From Sphyrna mokarran (Eukaryota), in contig JAGIQG010000011.1 in the NCBI GenBank assembly GCA_024679065.1, positions 44,454,001-44,518,000 of the forward strand: a DNA stretch of 64,000 bases. The letters run 5' to 3'. A model generated the notes under the pieces. The model was not told the origin of the DNA. It saw only the letters and a list, made by a program, of their open reading frames with translations, and made no database searches. A program made the translations under genes and the position numbers. This document shows, one piece after another, positions 1 to 12,294 of the stretch. Position 1 is the stretch's first letter. Every line of letters begins with the position of its first letter.

Positions 1-243
1 GGTTTTAGGACCGATGTCAGAGGTAGGTTCTTTACCCAGAGGGTGGTAAGGGTATGGAATGCTTTGCCTGCGTCAGTTGTAGATGCGCCAAGTTTGGTGG
101 CGTTTAAGAAGTTAGTAGATAGGTTTATGGACGAAAAGGGAAGGGTTTAGGTTAGAGGGTCACTGCTTGTTCCTAATTGGTCGGCGCAACACCGAGGGCC
201 GAAGGGCCTGTTCTGTGCTGTAATGTTCTATGTTCTATGTTTC
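1..243 (+). mobile_element. CR1 LINE 3' end (ORF2 C-terminus, 3' UTR, (TTCTATG)n tail), relatively young
   Basis: Translates to GFRTDVRGRFFTQRVVRVWNALP. Terminal motif gggccgaagggcctgttctgtgctgtaatgttctatgttctatg. CpGs retained. Confidence 0.9.
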
Positions 244-978
244 TGTAATAGGGTGACGAGAATTGCACACAGTATTCCAAGTATGACCTTGCCAATGTCT
301 TGTACGACTTCAACAAGATATCCCAACTACTGTATTCAATGTTCTGACCGATGAAACCAAGCATGCCAACTGCTTCTTCACCACTCTGTCCACCTGTGAC
401 TCCACTTTCAAGAAGATATGAACATGTACCTAGGTCACTTTGTTCTGTAATTCTCCCTAATGCCCTACCATTAACTGAGTAAGTCCTGCCCTGGTTCAAT
501 CTATCAAAATGCATCTCCTTGCATTTATCTAAATTAAATTCCATCTGCCATTCGTCAGCCTACTGGCCCAATTGATCAAGATCCTGTTGCAATTGGAGAT
601 AACTTTCTTCACTGTCCACCAATCTTAGTGTCATCTGCAAACTTACTAACCATGCTTCTTATATTCTCATCCAAATCATTAATATAAATGACAAATAAAA
701 GTGGACCTAGCACTGATCTGATGCACATTGCTGGTCACAGGCCTCCAGTTTGAAAAACAACCCTCTACAACCATCCTCTGGTTTCTGTCAAGAAGCCAAT
801 TTTTTATCCATTTACATACCTAATCCTATTGAACAACCTACCATGTGGTACCTTGTCAAAAGCCTTGCTAAAGTCCTTGTAGACAATATCAACTGCACTC
901 CCCTCATCAACTTTCTTGGTTACCCTTCAAAAAACTCAATCAAATTTGTGAGACATGATTTTCCATTCACAAAGCCAG
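244..978 (-). mobile_element. CR1 LINE ORF2 RT fragment (decayed)
   Basis: ORF 173..544 gives MEFNLDKCKEMHF...LEYCVQFSSPYYR. Minus strand also reads FADDTKIGG and an AFDKVPH-like motif. Confidence 0.9.
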
Positions 979-1495
979 TTTTAAAAGGTTTACCCCTTAT
1001 CCTCAAACTGTGAGCTCTAGTTCTGGACACCTCTACCATTGAGAACATTTCTTCTGAATCTATCCTGTCAAACCCTGTTAAAATTTTATAAGTTCCTATG
1101 AGATTCCCCTCTCAATCTTCTAAAAACCAGTGAATATAATCCTAACCAACTTAGACTCTCCTCATTTGACAGATCTGCCATCCCAGGGATCAGTCTGGTA
1201 AATGTTTGCTGAACTCCCTCTGTAGTAAAGACCTCCCTTCTCAGATAAGGACACCAAAATGCAGACAATATTCTAGGTGTAGTCTCACCAAGACCCTATA
1301 CAATTGCAGTAAAACATTTCTACTCCTATAAGCAAATCCTCTCACTATGAAGGTCTACATATTACATGCCTTCTTTACTGCCTGCTGTATCTGTGTGCTA
1401 ACCTTCAGCGACTGATGTATGAGGACACCAAAGTATTCAGCCACAGTGGCTGCGTAGCTACCTCTCTCAATTTACACCCATTCAAATATTATCTG
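979..1495 (-). mobile_element. Second CR1 ORF2 C-terminal fragment
   Basis: ORF 1086..1268 AFWCPYLRR...FTRLIPGM...LGLYSLVFRRLRG matches the CR1 ORF2 C-terminus. Confidence 0.85.
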
Positions 1496-1899
1496 ACAGA
1501 CATTATTAAGATTCTATTAAATTATTATTCATGCTCCAGTTTAGTGAACTCTTCAGGTAAAGATTGGCGGCATTATTGAATGGCAGGAAGGCTGTGGTTG
1601 CTGCCAGTACAACACTCCTCTGAGGCCTTGTTTCATCGCTGGATCCCATTCCACAGGTGAGTGATAGCCCAGGGAACTCATGGGGTGGGGGTTGGCAGCA
1701 AGGGAGTGGGATGTGGCTTTCAATGACTCCCTCCTCTTCCTGATGCTAGGTCCCTCAATCAGACACTAAATACCGTTGAACGAGGCATACCCCCAGACTA
1801 CTGTTGCGTTAATGGCAGGTTCAGCAGGATTTCAAGCTACTACAACAACTTTGCTGCCTGAGAAAAGGTCACTGATTAGCTGACAAGTCAACATTCCCC

Positions 1900-2110
1900 C
1901 AGGCAGAAAAATATGGAATGGATCGAAGTACTGTGCTATTACTGCATCAATGAATCGTGATGGACATTAAACAATGGTAGGAAGAGGCCCCATAAACAAG
2001 CACATCCTCAACAATGGCAAATTGCAACGCGCATCTATAAAAGAGAAGGCTGAGGCATTAGTAATAATCTTCAGCCGTAAGTATCAAATGAATGATCTAA
2101 CTTAACCTAC
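1900..2110 (+). mobile_element. Internal fragment of a CR1-superfamily (Daphne/Crack/L2-like) LINE
   Basis: Decayed reading resembling ...ILNNG...KEKAEALVIIFSRKYQMND, the linker upstream of RT in this family. Confidence 0.55.
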
Positions 2111-2124
2111 ATCTACAGTTTGTT

Positions 2125-3165
2125 GGTTAAAAATATAAAAGAACTGTAAGGATATTCATAAATATGTACAAAGTGAAAGTAATGTTTAGGCTGATCAGAA
2201 GAAATTATAATGCAGAAGAAGGAAACAACAAAGATGTTTAAATAACTATTTTATCAGTATATCTGTCTAAACACAAAAATACCATAAAGAACCAAAGGTC
2301 TAACAAGAGCAAAGAATTTAAAGTAATTAAGTAATAAAGGACTAGATAAACCAATAGCACTGAAAGACAACAAATTCCTTATATGAATGACCACCTGGAC
2401 TTCTAAAGGAAGCACCTGCAGATATAGTGGATGCACTAGTTGTGATTTTGCAAAATTCCCTGGATTGCAGAACAGTTCTGATGGATTGGAAGATAAAAAT
2501 GTATTAGTTATTCAAAAACAGAGAAAACATGGAATGCAAGTCAATTAAATTGACATCAGTTATTGGAAAAATATTAGAATTCATTATTTAAGAAGTTGTA
2601 ATAGGCATTGAAAAGATCATGAGTGAGCAGACTCAACATAATTTAAAGAAAGGTAGTTTGAGAAATTCGTGAGTCATTTGAGGACGTAACTAGCCATGTA
2701 GATAAAAATCATTGATGCAATATATTTGTTTTTTTCGAAAGCATTTGATAAAGTATCCACAAAAGGTTGTCACACAAGATAAGGATTATGGGATTGGAGG
2801 ATAGCAACTAATTAAAGGACAGAAAACAGAGTGAAAATAAAAAGGGTGTTTTTCAAGTTGGCAAACTGTTACTAGCGGACTGGCAGAAAAGTCAATGGTG
2901 AGACATCAGTTATTTACAAAGTATAGTAACTTAGATGAAAGGGCATGTGTAAAGTATCCAAGTTTGCTGACAATGCAAGGTTAGGTTGGGAATAAAACTG
3001 AGGATATGTAGTGTCTGCAAATGTTAATGAATGGACAAGTGGGTGCCAAATGAAGTATACCACGGGGAAATGTCAGATTGTTCACTTTAGTGGGAATAAT
3101 GTAAAACATTTTTAAAATTATAACTACTAAAAGTTGTTGTTCTGAGGGATTTGTGTGCCCTTGTA
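2125..3165 (+). mobile_element. Old decayed CR1 ORF2 (RT region)
   Basis: Remnant motifs LTSVIGKILE, KAFDKVSTK and SKFADNARLG with many frameshifts. Confidence 0.8.
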
Positions 3166-3169
3166 CATT

Positions 3170-3715
3170 TTTATTCCTCAATGGATGTGAACATTGTTGT
3201 CAATCCCTAATTGTCCTTAAGTGATGGTGAGCTTCCCTCTTAAACTGCAGTCCATTTGATGTGGGTACATCACAGTGCTGTTAGGAAGGCAGTTCCAGGG
3301 TTTTGATTGAGACAGTGAAGGGACAGTAATATAGTTCTAAGTCAAGATAATGTGTGGCTCGGAGGGAAACTTCAAGTAGTGGTGTTTCATGCACCTCCTG
3401 CCTTTGTCGTTCTAAGAGGTTGTGGATTAGCAGTGTTGCCAAAGAAAGCTTGGTGAGTTGCAGCAGTGCATCTTGTGCATCAGTATGGAGGTAGTGAAAG
3501 TTTATTGTGGTGATCGTGGAAAGGGTGACAATCAAGCAGACTGGGTAGTACTAGGCTTCTTGAGTGTTGTTGGAACCCCACTCATCCAAATAAATGGCAA
3601 GGACCCCTGATTTGTGCCTTGTCGATGGTGAACAGGCTTTAAGATGAGTTACTTGCCACAAAGCTCCCAGCCTTTGACCTTTATTTATATGGCTGGTCAA
3701 GTTTGTTCCTATTAG
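3170..3715 (-). mobile_element. 3' end of CR1-superfamily (Daphne-like) LINE
   Basis: Reverse complement of the tail seen at 63850-63922 (caattagggatggg...aataaa), followed by ORF C-terminal remnants. Confidence 0.7.
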
Positions 3716-4959
3716 CCCACAAGAATGCAGCTAGAGCACTAAGCAAATGGTTCCAATTTCCTTTTCCCTGACAAGTTTTCTGTGAAGCTAAACAATGTAA
3801 GTTTTTTTTTAAAGCCTATTTTAATTTAAAGACATCTAGCTTTCTTTTGTAGCTTTAGTGAATAACTTATTTGCTTGGAGTAGATTGGTTGGCCACCTTC
3901 CATAAAACAGGAAGTGGGAAGATTTAAGGCAGCTTGAGCATAACGTTTTCACTTCCCAGTGACTCAAACCCAATGTGTTTAGAAGTTAAAATGATACCCA
4001 TGGTCTCTATGTCCGTACTGTGTTCTCACTGCTGCTCTGTTTCTATCACTACCTTATTCCTGTTTGCAGGCTGTTATTATCAATTTTGCCTCTGTACCAA
4101 TGTGTTGTTTGTCTTCTGTTTTCATTTTGGGTAAAGAAATAGTGTGGCATCAAGACCAAACCAAAACATTGGAAAACACTACACTTATAAGCAAGTAGTA
4201 TCAGTAGCCTGTCCATCTTTTTAATTGCAAGAAGCAAGGAAAAGTGAGCTGACAATGGGATAAGTTTTGGAAGCTCACGACAGAAAACTGTTTGTAAATA
4301 TAAAAATGTAACATCAAAACTGAGGCAAAAACAATTTTTTCACTCACACAATTTAACTTGACCACAGTAAATAGCCAGAACTAGAAAAATGCAATGGCCT
4401 GAGGTTGACAGAGTATTAGGGGCTGAAAACATGACAGAACAACAGGCAGGAAAATCAGCAGGAGATGACTATGGATCAATCAATGAGAGCCATGCAGAGC
4501 TAAGAACATGGGACTCGAGCTATATCAGTAGCAGCCATGTGCAAGGAAAAGAAAAGGCAAGGTAGAGAGAAAGCTGGAAGCATAATGAGAATGATGAATT
4601 TGTCAATGTGAAGGAACAGTGAAAACAGGGAATGGGAGAATGGCAGAATTGTAAGTAGGTCATTTTGAAACAACAGGGTAGTTTATCATGAGGGAGCTGG
4701 GATGGGTTAGGTGAGGAAGAGAACCAAAGAAAAGGGACTGGAGACTAGAAGAGACAAAAGTTTAAAAATTAAAATATCACCATAAAGGTATTTAAAATAT
4801 GTAGAAAGGTAAAAGCAAAATTAGAATGTGAAATCAAAATTGAGACATTAAAACATTAAGCAATCTCAATTGTAAAGTATTATCCTAAGCACTTTCAATG
4901 TTAAAAGTTTCACAAGAAATTGTGACAACTAGGAGTGATTTAATAGGGCAGGAAATATT

Positions 4960-5105
4960 CTGGCTAGGTTGATTGACCATGCTAAATTGACCCCATGTTA
5001 GGGGGATTACCAGAGTAAGTTTATAGGGTTATGGGAATAGGGCCTATGTGGGATTGTAGCCTGATCGGTCAAATGGCCTTGTTCCACACTGTAGGAGTTC
5101 AATGA
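4960..5105 (+). mobile_element. 3' half of HE1-like V-SINE with CR1-type tail
   Basis: taggttgattgaccatgctaaattg...aaatggcct...cactgtagg matches the full copies, e.g. 24278-24618. Confidence 0.75.
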
Positions 5106-5649
5106 AATATGTACAGATTTTTAGTTAAATGTACATACAATAAGTAGGATATTAAACATGGCTTTTAGATTCATTCTTGGCTGATGAGACATTACTTAAG
5201 CAATCTTTAATTGATAACATGCTTAGACTTGGTGAGTGCTGCACCTATACATTCCTTACACGTCATGTAAATTCATTAATTTCTGGTCTATACTTGCAGA
5301 ATTGTGTTAAGCACATTGTATTTCCAGTTGTTGTAATAGCTTTTTAAAATCTATTATTACACTAGGCAAGTCAGCTTAGGTTGGAGTTGTATTGCTAATT
5401 CTGAATTGATGAAAACAAATTTTAAAAGCAGATCAACATGAAACTGCCAGTCTAACTCAGGAATCACATTTCAATTTTAATCAGATAGCACGGAAGCCAA
5501 ACTCCTTCCAAGAAGCCATCACATACTTTTTCTTTTAATCCTTTCATGAGCTGTGGGCGTTGCTGGTATGGTTGCATTTTTTGCCCATCCCTAACTGCCT
5601 TCAGAAAATGGTGGTATTACAGATGGGAAAGAGATGGTAGAATGGTTTC

Positions 5650-6290
5650 GTTTTTTTTAACCTCTCGACTGACTGGAAACAGGTATGTTTTAAAGAGAAA
5701 CAATGTTTTAATCTCCTGAGTGGTTAACAAACAAAAAATAGGTTTACTTGCAAGTTTAAAAAAAGGATGTGTTTATTTCTCAACACCTGAATGTATTTCT
5801 AACAGCATCCATTCACACATGTACAGAAACACACACATACATATATAAATATAAAAGGATGATTACAAAAGAGATCTTAAAAGTCCAAAATTTCACTATT
5901 ATCCTGGATTATCTTGTGATGCAGTCTTGAAATACTGCGAGCTTGTGATTTCCTTTTGGCTCACTGAATAAAGGTAAATTGGAAGTTTTTGATGATGGAT
6001 TCGGTTCACCACATTCGGTAGTAGATTTCTGGCTTTACTCCAGTCACAGTAAAGTCTGTTATGTATTTGTATTTATTCTTATTGGCTCACTGAAGTTATG
6101 CTGTATTAATGCACGCACTGGAAATATTATAACAGAAACAGAGAGAAAACAGCAGCCACTTAAGAGATCACACACCATTGATAAAGCTGTTTTTAATCAA
6201 AGTCTGTCCCACATATCACATCTCCAATACACAACAATAACTGGTTACAAGGACTATGGATGTAGCTTGCTAGCCAGCCAGAAAGAAGAA
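5650..6290. mobile_element. Probable decayed LTR-like repeat
   Basis: Composition and motifs resemble 46070-47130. No coding motif seen. Confidence 0.3.
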
Positions 6291-6529
6291 ATTAACTGAG
6301 GAAAAGTTGGAATAAAAAACCTTTCACATGTGCTAGGAAGTCTAATAGGCTAAGTGGACATGAGTAAAATGATACTCTGCAAGTAGCTGTTAAAGCGGGT
6401 TGCAATAAATAAGAGGCTAAAGTTCAATTCAGCGTGTAAGAAAATTGAAGTAGCTGTGGGAAATGCAGGTGTGGAGCATGCATACGGAAACCTGCTGAAG
6501 TGAAAAAATTGTGGGAGGGGGACCTTTTG

Positions 6530-8354
6530 ATGAAAATTGGGAGTAATGTAGCTTTAATAGTGAACATTTTTACTATTTCATGCAGACAAAGTTGCTGAAG
6601 ATACTATGGTGCCACTTTCTTGAGCCTGATAGGGGGAAGCATTTTAATCTCCTGTGTCATTTCATGCAAACTGACAAACCTGGCACTAAAACATACAGAT
6701 TGTGGACATTCTGCAAACACATTTTTCATCAAAAGCCCTTGTGATTGCAGAGCACTTCAGATTCCATAGAAGAAACCAACAGGGGGTCTCAATCGCACAA
6801 TTCATGGCAGACTTTCAGAATATTGAGAGTTTGGAGATGTGCTGAATGATACTATTCACGAAAGATCTGTTTGTGGTGTATGCATTGAAATGACACAGAA
6901 ACCTCTATTAATGGAGAATAATCTTATTCACCAGCAGACTATTGGAAGTGCTGTTTCTAAGTCCAGCAACGGAGTTGTGTACTTGGATACACAAAATGTT
7001 TGCTGAGTCGACACCCAAAGCCATCGAGACTTGTCCATGATACCAATGTGCAAAACCAGGACATTCTGCTGCTGAAAGACATAAAATATCGAAACTAGGA
7101 AAAAAAAGATAGACCACACTGCAAGAAGAAAAAACAAGGTATGAATAAAAATAATAGAGCAAGATTTAAACAAAATAAGAAATGTCCATGTTGTACAAAA
7201 GGGTTGTAGAGACTCAGTCAGAGAAGGAGTTATTGCTAAATATGCTAGCCATCGCTGATATTACATGGAAATTTTGGGTCACACCATTGGGATAGATAAG
7301 TAAGGATGGAAGTTGACACTGGAGCAGAATTCTTACTGGTGCCCAGAGACTTGATGCCAGAGACTATCTATAATAAGAAACTCAAACATACTTCCTCAAG
7401 ATCATCAACAATTGCGCTGAAGATGTACACACGTCAACTTGTCCCTCTGACTGGCTGCATTAAAGTAGCTGTGCAACTCACTGGGCAAACAGCAGATTTG
7501 CCTCTACAGCGAAACTATCCAGTGTTGATGGGGCACACATGGCTGGAGAAGATTGGGCTAAGCTGGGTAAAAGTCAACTTGATGACCAGCGGAGTTCCAG
7601 CCCTCATTAAAATCTTAAAGAAGCATACTATTGTTTTTGATGGAGAATCAGGGAGGAAGAAGGATATTATAATATTATTATATTACAAGTCCAAAGATTT
7701 GTGGGTTAGGTTGATTGTCCATGCTAAAAATTGCTCCCTAGAGTTGTGAGATGCATAAGTTAGGGGGATCAGCAGGTAAATATGTAGGGATGTGGGGGCA
7801 ACACTTGGGTGGGGATTGTGGTCGATGCAGACTCGATGGGTCAAATGGCCTTCATCTGCACTGTAGGTTTTCTATGATCTTCTATAATCAAACTGAAAAT
7901 AACAAGATGGAAGCCAAGTAAAATGCTTGAAGGCAAGGTCTGAATCATATGCTATTAGGTCAAAAGTGGAGACTGACCTGGAGCGACTTATGAAAACTGG
8001 AGTTCTGGAAACTGTTTGCATCAATGAAAGGGCCACACCTATTCCAGTCATCAAGAAAGATGGATTTGTAAGTATTTGCAATGACTTCAAGGTCACTATC
8101 AATCCAGTGTTGTCTGCTGAACAGTACTCATTACCTCACACTGAAGTCCAGTTTGCAAGATTGACAGAAGGCCAAGATTTCAGCAAAATTAACTGAGCCA
8201 GACTTACTTGCAGATGAATATGGACAATAAGTCACAGGAACATTTGACAATCATAACACATAAAGACTTGTTCCAGTACCAAAGATTGACATTTGGTATC
8301 ACATCTACTCCTACATTGTTTCAAACGGCAAAGGATCAGATGCTGAGTGGACTT
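6530..8354 (+). mobile_element. Gypsy LTR retrotransposon remnant (gag, protease, RT)
   Basis: Decayed gag from 6530. Protease motif MEVDTGA (7306). RT N-terminus ATPIPVIKKDGFVSICNDFKVTINPVL...FSKIN (ORF 7927..8196), then THKDLFQYQRLTFGI. Confidence 0.9.
7685..7880 (+). mobile_element. 5'-truncated V-SINE inserted in Gypsy pol
   Basis: gtccaaagatttgtgggttagg...aaatggccttcatctgcactgtaggttttctatgat. Confidence 0.85.
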
Positions 8355-8935
8355 TTAGGACCTCACCTTTTTTAACCTGTGTTGTTTGTACCAACGTGTA
8401 GTATGACCGCTGGCTGTCTGCCCTCTTCCTTCAGAATGTCTGCAGCCAGTCTGAGACATCCTTGACCTAGTACTAGGGAGGCAACATACTATCCTAGGGT
8501 CTCGTTTGCAACCACAATAGTATCTATCTATTCTCCTTACAATTGAATCTCCTATAACAGTTGCATTTCCGCACATTTTACTTCTCCCCTCTGCAGCAGA
8601 ACCATCCATGGTGCAATGGATTTGATTGATGCTGTTTTTCCCTGAAAAACTACTTTCCTCAATAGCATAAAAGACAATATATTTGTTTTTAAAAGGGAAC
8701 AGCCTCAGGAGATTCCTGCATTGCCTGGCGATCATCCATTCTCTTCCTGCCTGTGGAGTCTGAACTTTCGGTGGGACCACCTCTCTATACGAGCTATCCA
8801 CGATATGCTCCGTTTTACAGATGCTCAACAGAGTCGCTAGCCGGCGCTCCAGCTCTGAAACACGGGCTTCCAGGAGTTGCAGCTGGAGACACTTACTGCA
8901 CATGTGCTTGTTCTGGGCACTGGAAATCACTCCTT
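8355..8935 (-). mobile_element. CR1 ORF1 fragment (zinc finger/leucine zipper plus SGNH esterase domain)
   Basis: ORF 8355..8930: CSKCLQLQLLEARVSELERRL (zf/lz) and VIGDSIVRRIDR...VCCLP (GDSL-type esterase of CR1 ORF1). Confidence 0.85.
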
Positions 8936-9120
8936 GACACCAATTCTTCCTCTAGCCACTATATAGTCAGGGTGACTGCAACCTTACACAGAATGGTCCT
9001 CTGTGAAGTTTCTGCTGGATGGTTCAATGTTGTGAATTAACAGACTGTGGTGGGAGCTGAAGAGATGGGGGCAGGAGTCCAGCCCAGAGCCAGGCACCCT
9101 GGGAGAGCAAGACAAGCAAC

Positions 9121-9601
9121 AGCTGGACTCCCAAGGCTGGTACAGACAGCTGGGCCCCCAAAGCTGGTATTACAGATAGCTGGGCCCCCAAAGCTGGTAT
9201 TACAGATAGCTGGACCCCCAAGGCTGGTATTACAGATAGCTGGGTCCCCAAGGCTGGTATTACAGATAGCTGGGTCCCCAAAGCTGGTATTACAGATAGC
9301 TGGACCCCCAAGGCTGGTATTACAGATAGCTGGACCCCCAAGGCTGGTATTACAGACAGCTGGACCCCCAAGGCTGGTATTACAGATAGCTGGACCCCCA
9401 AGGCTGGTATTACAGACAGCTGGACCCCCAAGGCTGGTATTACAGATAGCTGGACCCCCAAGGCTGGTATTACAGATAGCTGGGTCCCCAAAGCTGGTAT
9501 TACAGATAGCTGGACCCCCAAGGCTGGTATTACAGATAGCTGGACCCCCAAGGCTGGTATTACAGACAGCTGGACCCCCAAGGCTGGTATTACAGATAGC
9601 T
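9121..9601. repeat. 30-bp minisatellite, ~16 near-identical copies
   Basis: Unit agctggacccccaaggctggtattacagat repeated head-to-tail. Fifteen full units at 9148-9597 plus one 27-bp unit. Confidence 0.98.
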
Positions 9602-9604
9602 AGG

Positions 9605-9950
9605 CCTCGGTTGCTGGGGTTGAGACCCCACCACTCCCACCCCCAACACGATGCGGGATTCACCAGGAGAGGGAACAAGTATCCCAGGAAAAGTAAATGT
9701 GCAAGTTTATTCATCAATATCATGTCGCCGGCCCGAGAATCGGCACTGGGAGGAGCACAGCTGAAAAGTAGATTTTGAGGAGAAGTATGAAACAGGGGCT
9801 GTGTGTTGATGAAGGTGGTGAACAGTAAGCGGAATGTAAATGTTTTTAAACCCACCTCAGCTCCTGTCCACAATGGCGCCGGCTCGGGGAAGAGAGAGAG
9901 AAAGGCGCTTCACTGCACCATCCAGCGGCCGGGCCAGGTAACTGCCGCAG
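9605..9950 (-). promoter_or_regulatory. Small CpG-rich patch; candidate promoter and first exon (TCT/5'TOP-like start ~9904, YY1-like motif, donor after 9856)
   Basis: Local CpG excess. Minus strand reads gcCTTTCTCTCTCTCTTCCCC...CGCCATT...GAG|GTGGGT. Plus strand also has ACAATGG (9873) and CAG|GTAACT (9937). Confidence 0.55.
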
Positions 9951-9957
9951 GCTCCCC

Positions 9958-11310
9958 TTTAGAATCCAATATCATTCCACAGACCCTCAACTCTATCCTC
10001 ATGCAAGACTCCAACCTCACCCCATTCCAAAACTTCGTCTATTAGACCCCAACTTTCACTCTCTAGACTCTGATACCATCCTACAGACCTCAAACTCCAT
10101 CGTTATTCCAAGACTCCAACTCACCCCATTCCCAAACCTCAGACATTAGACCCCAACTTTCACTCTCTAGACTCCAATATCATCTCACAGACCCCAAACT
10201 CGATCCTCCCCAAGACTCCAATCTCACCCCGTTCCCAAACCTCGCTCACTAGCCCCAACTTTCACTCTGTAGACTCCAATACCATCCCACAGACCCCAAA
10301 CTCTATCCTCCCCAAGACTCCAATCTCGTCCTGTTCCCAAACCTCGCTCACTAGCCCCAACTTTTACTCTCTAGACTCCAATACTGTCCTACAAACATCA
10401 AATTCGATCCTCCGCAAGACTCCAACCTCACCCCATTTCCAAACCTCGTCCACTAGACCCCCAAATTTCACTCTCTAGACTCCAATACCATCCACCAACC
10501 CCAAACTTAGTCCTCACTGAAGACTCCAAACTTACCCCATTCCCAAACCTCATCTGCTAGACCCCAACCTCACCCTCATTCCCAAACCTCACCCACTAGA
10601 CCTCAACCTCGATCCTTGCCCCAGCCACTAAGGCTCCAACCTCACCCACTCCAATCTCATCCTCACCCCCTTAACCTCGCCTTCACCTCCTAGGTTCCAA
10701 CCTCAACCTTTGGGGTGGCACAGTGGTTAGCGCTGCTGCTCACAGTGCCAGGGACCCAGATTCAATTCCCAGCTTGGGTCACTGTCTGTGTGGAATTTGC
10801 ATGTTCTCCCAGTGTCTATGTGCTCTGGTTTCCCCCCACAGATTGAAAGACATGCTGGTTTCGTGCATTGACCCAAACAGCACTGAAGTGTGAATTTCAC
10901 AATATACCTTAGTTGCACTGTTAATGTAAGCCTTATTTGTGACTAATAAATTAACTTTACCTTTCATCCCTAGGCATCAGCACCACCAGTATACCCAACA
11001 CCAGCCATACATCTCAACCATGGTCTTCCTCCTAACTCTCAGACTTTACCTTATGCCCTTACAACTCCCTTAGACCCTATTACCCTTAGACCCCAAACTT
11101 GATCCTCACTCTCAGCCCCTGGATCCCAAGCTCAATCCACAACACCATCAACTAGACCCCAACACCATCCCCTAGACCCCAACCTGACCCTCACCCCCTC
11201 CACCCCAACTTCAATCCTCACTCTTGCCCCGGACCCAAACTGTGCCCCTTTCCGAAACTCACCCTCTAGACTCTAACCTCAACCTTCTCCCCCTAGAATC
11301 CCAACTCATT
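9958..11310. repeat. C-rich ~102-104-bp tandem array, ~6 clear copies then degenerating, interrupted by a SINE
   Basis: tagactccaat-like motif recurs at ~9960, 10063, 10168, 10270, 10372 and 10476. Degenerate copies continue to ~11310. Confidence 0.9.
10712..10960 (+). mobile_element. HE1-like V-SINE with non-CR1 (Rex1/Babar-like) tail
   Basis: A box tggcacagtgg, B box gattcaattcc, V-core ctgtgtggaatttgcatgttctcccc, tail gtgactaataaa. Confidence 0.9.
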
Positions 11311-11329
11311 ATCAGGAAAACAAAGGTAG

Positions 11330-12290
11330 TTTTATGAGATTTATATACTTGTGTTGGTAAACATTAGAAATAAGGTGTAGTTTTAAGTCGGTTTAATTTA
11401 GTATTTCTGTGTAAGGAAAGGTAAAAGTATTTTTATGATTCCTGTTGGGCAAAGGTGTTTGTATGTGTGAGAATTTGATTTATGTCCAAACTGTGCTGCT
11501 ATTGTGTTTAGGGAAGTTACGATGTGAAGAGTAAATTAAAGCTAGCAGAAGCATGAGATTATTGCTTAGCAACTGGGGTATTTTTAAGGTAGGAAAATTT
11601 GTTGAATTTAGTTTAATTGTTAATTTAGAAGGCTAGAGGGGAAGCATCTCTCTCAGCTTTACTAGAAGAATGTCATACCATGGAGAAGTGTTTAAGAAAA
11701 CAAGTGCGAAGAGCTAAAGTCAGTTATCACATCAACTGGGACTGTAACAAAAGTGGTCTCGTACAGGATTTCAAAACATGGCAAAGCAATTAGAAATGCA
11801 GTAAAAATAAAAAGAAGTAGAAATGAGAAAACTCAAAGTGAAATGGACAAATTAACAAAGGGCTAAAGAAAAAGGAGAAAGAAAGAATTTCAACTTTAAA
11901 TATTGGCAGTTAAAAAAAGAGGCAAGTTGAGGTAGAAGGTAACTTTAGACAAGAACCTAATGGAGAGATGTTTAGATTTGTATAGGCACTTCCAAAATTT
12001 TGAAGGAAAAGATTTGGAAGCATTTTTGATTTATTTTGAAAAGGTAGCTTGACAGATGAAATAACCAAAAAAAAAATTTGGTTATTAGCTTTACAAAGTA
12101 GACTGGGAGGAAAAACTAGTGAAGTATTTGTTGGAAGAAGTATCTGTAGATTATGATGTAGTAAAGAAAGTTTTCCTTAGTGAGTTTCTACCTGAAGCAC
12201 GCAAGCAGAAATTTCAGAACAGAAGAACACAACCTGAAAAACATACATAAATTTGAGAGGATGAAGCAAACTAATTTTGACTACTGGATA
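11330..12290 (+). mobile_element. LTR-like sequence plus decayed Gypsy (Gmr1-like) gag
   Basis: Remnant ALPKF..KDLEAF...FEKVA...LQSRLGGK...DYDVVKK...PEARKQKFQN. The 5' part resembles 35910-36500. Confidence 0.65.
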
Positions 12291-12294
12291 CATA

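Noticed and set aside
4070-4130. Possible plus-strand exon (ttcctgtttgcAG|...|GTAAAG)
   Set aside because: No recognisable peptide or partner exon. Such site pairs are common by chance.
9121-9601. CRISPR-like array
   Set aside because: The 30-bp units are contiguous with no unique spacers, there are no cas genes, and the context is vertebrate.
9024-9873. Long ORFs of 185, 243 and 278 aa with decapeptide repeats
   Set aside because: These arise from a stop-free 30-bp unit that is open in several frames on both strands. No other coding evidence.
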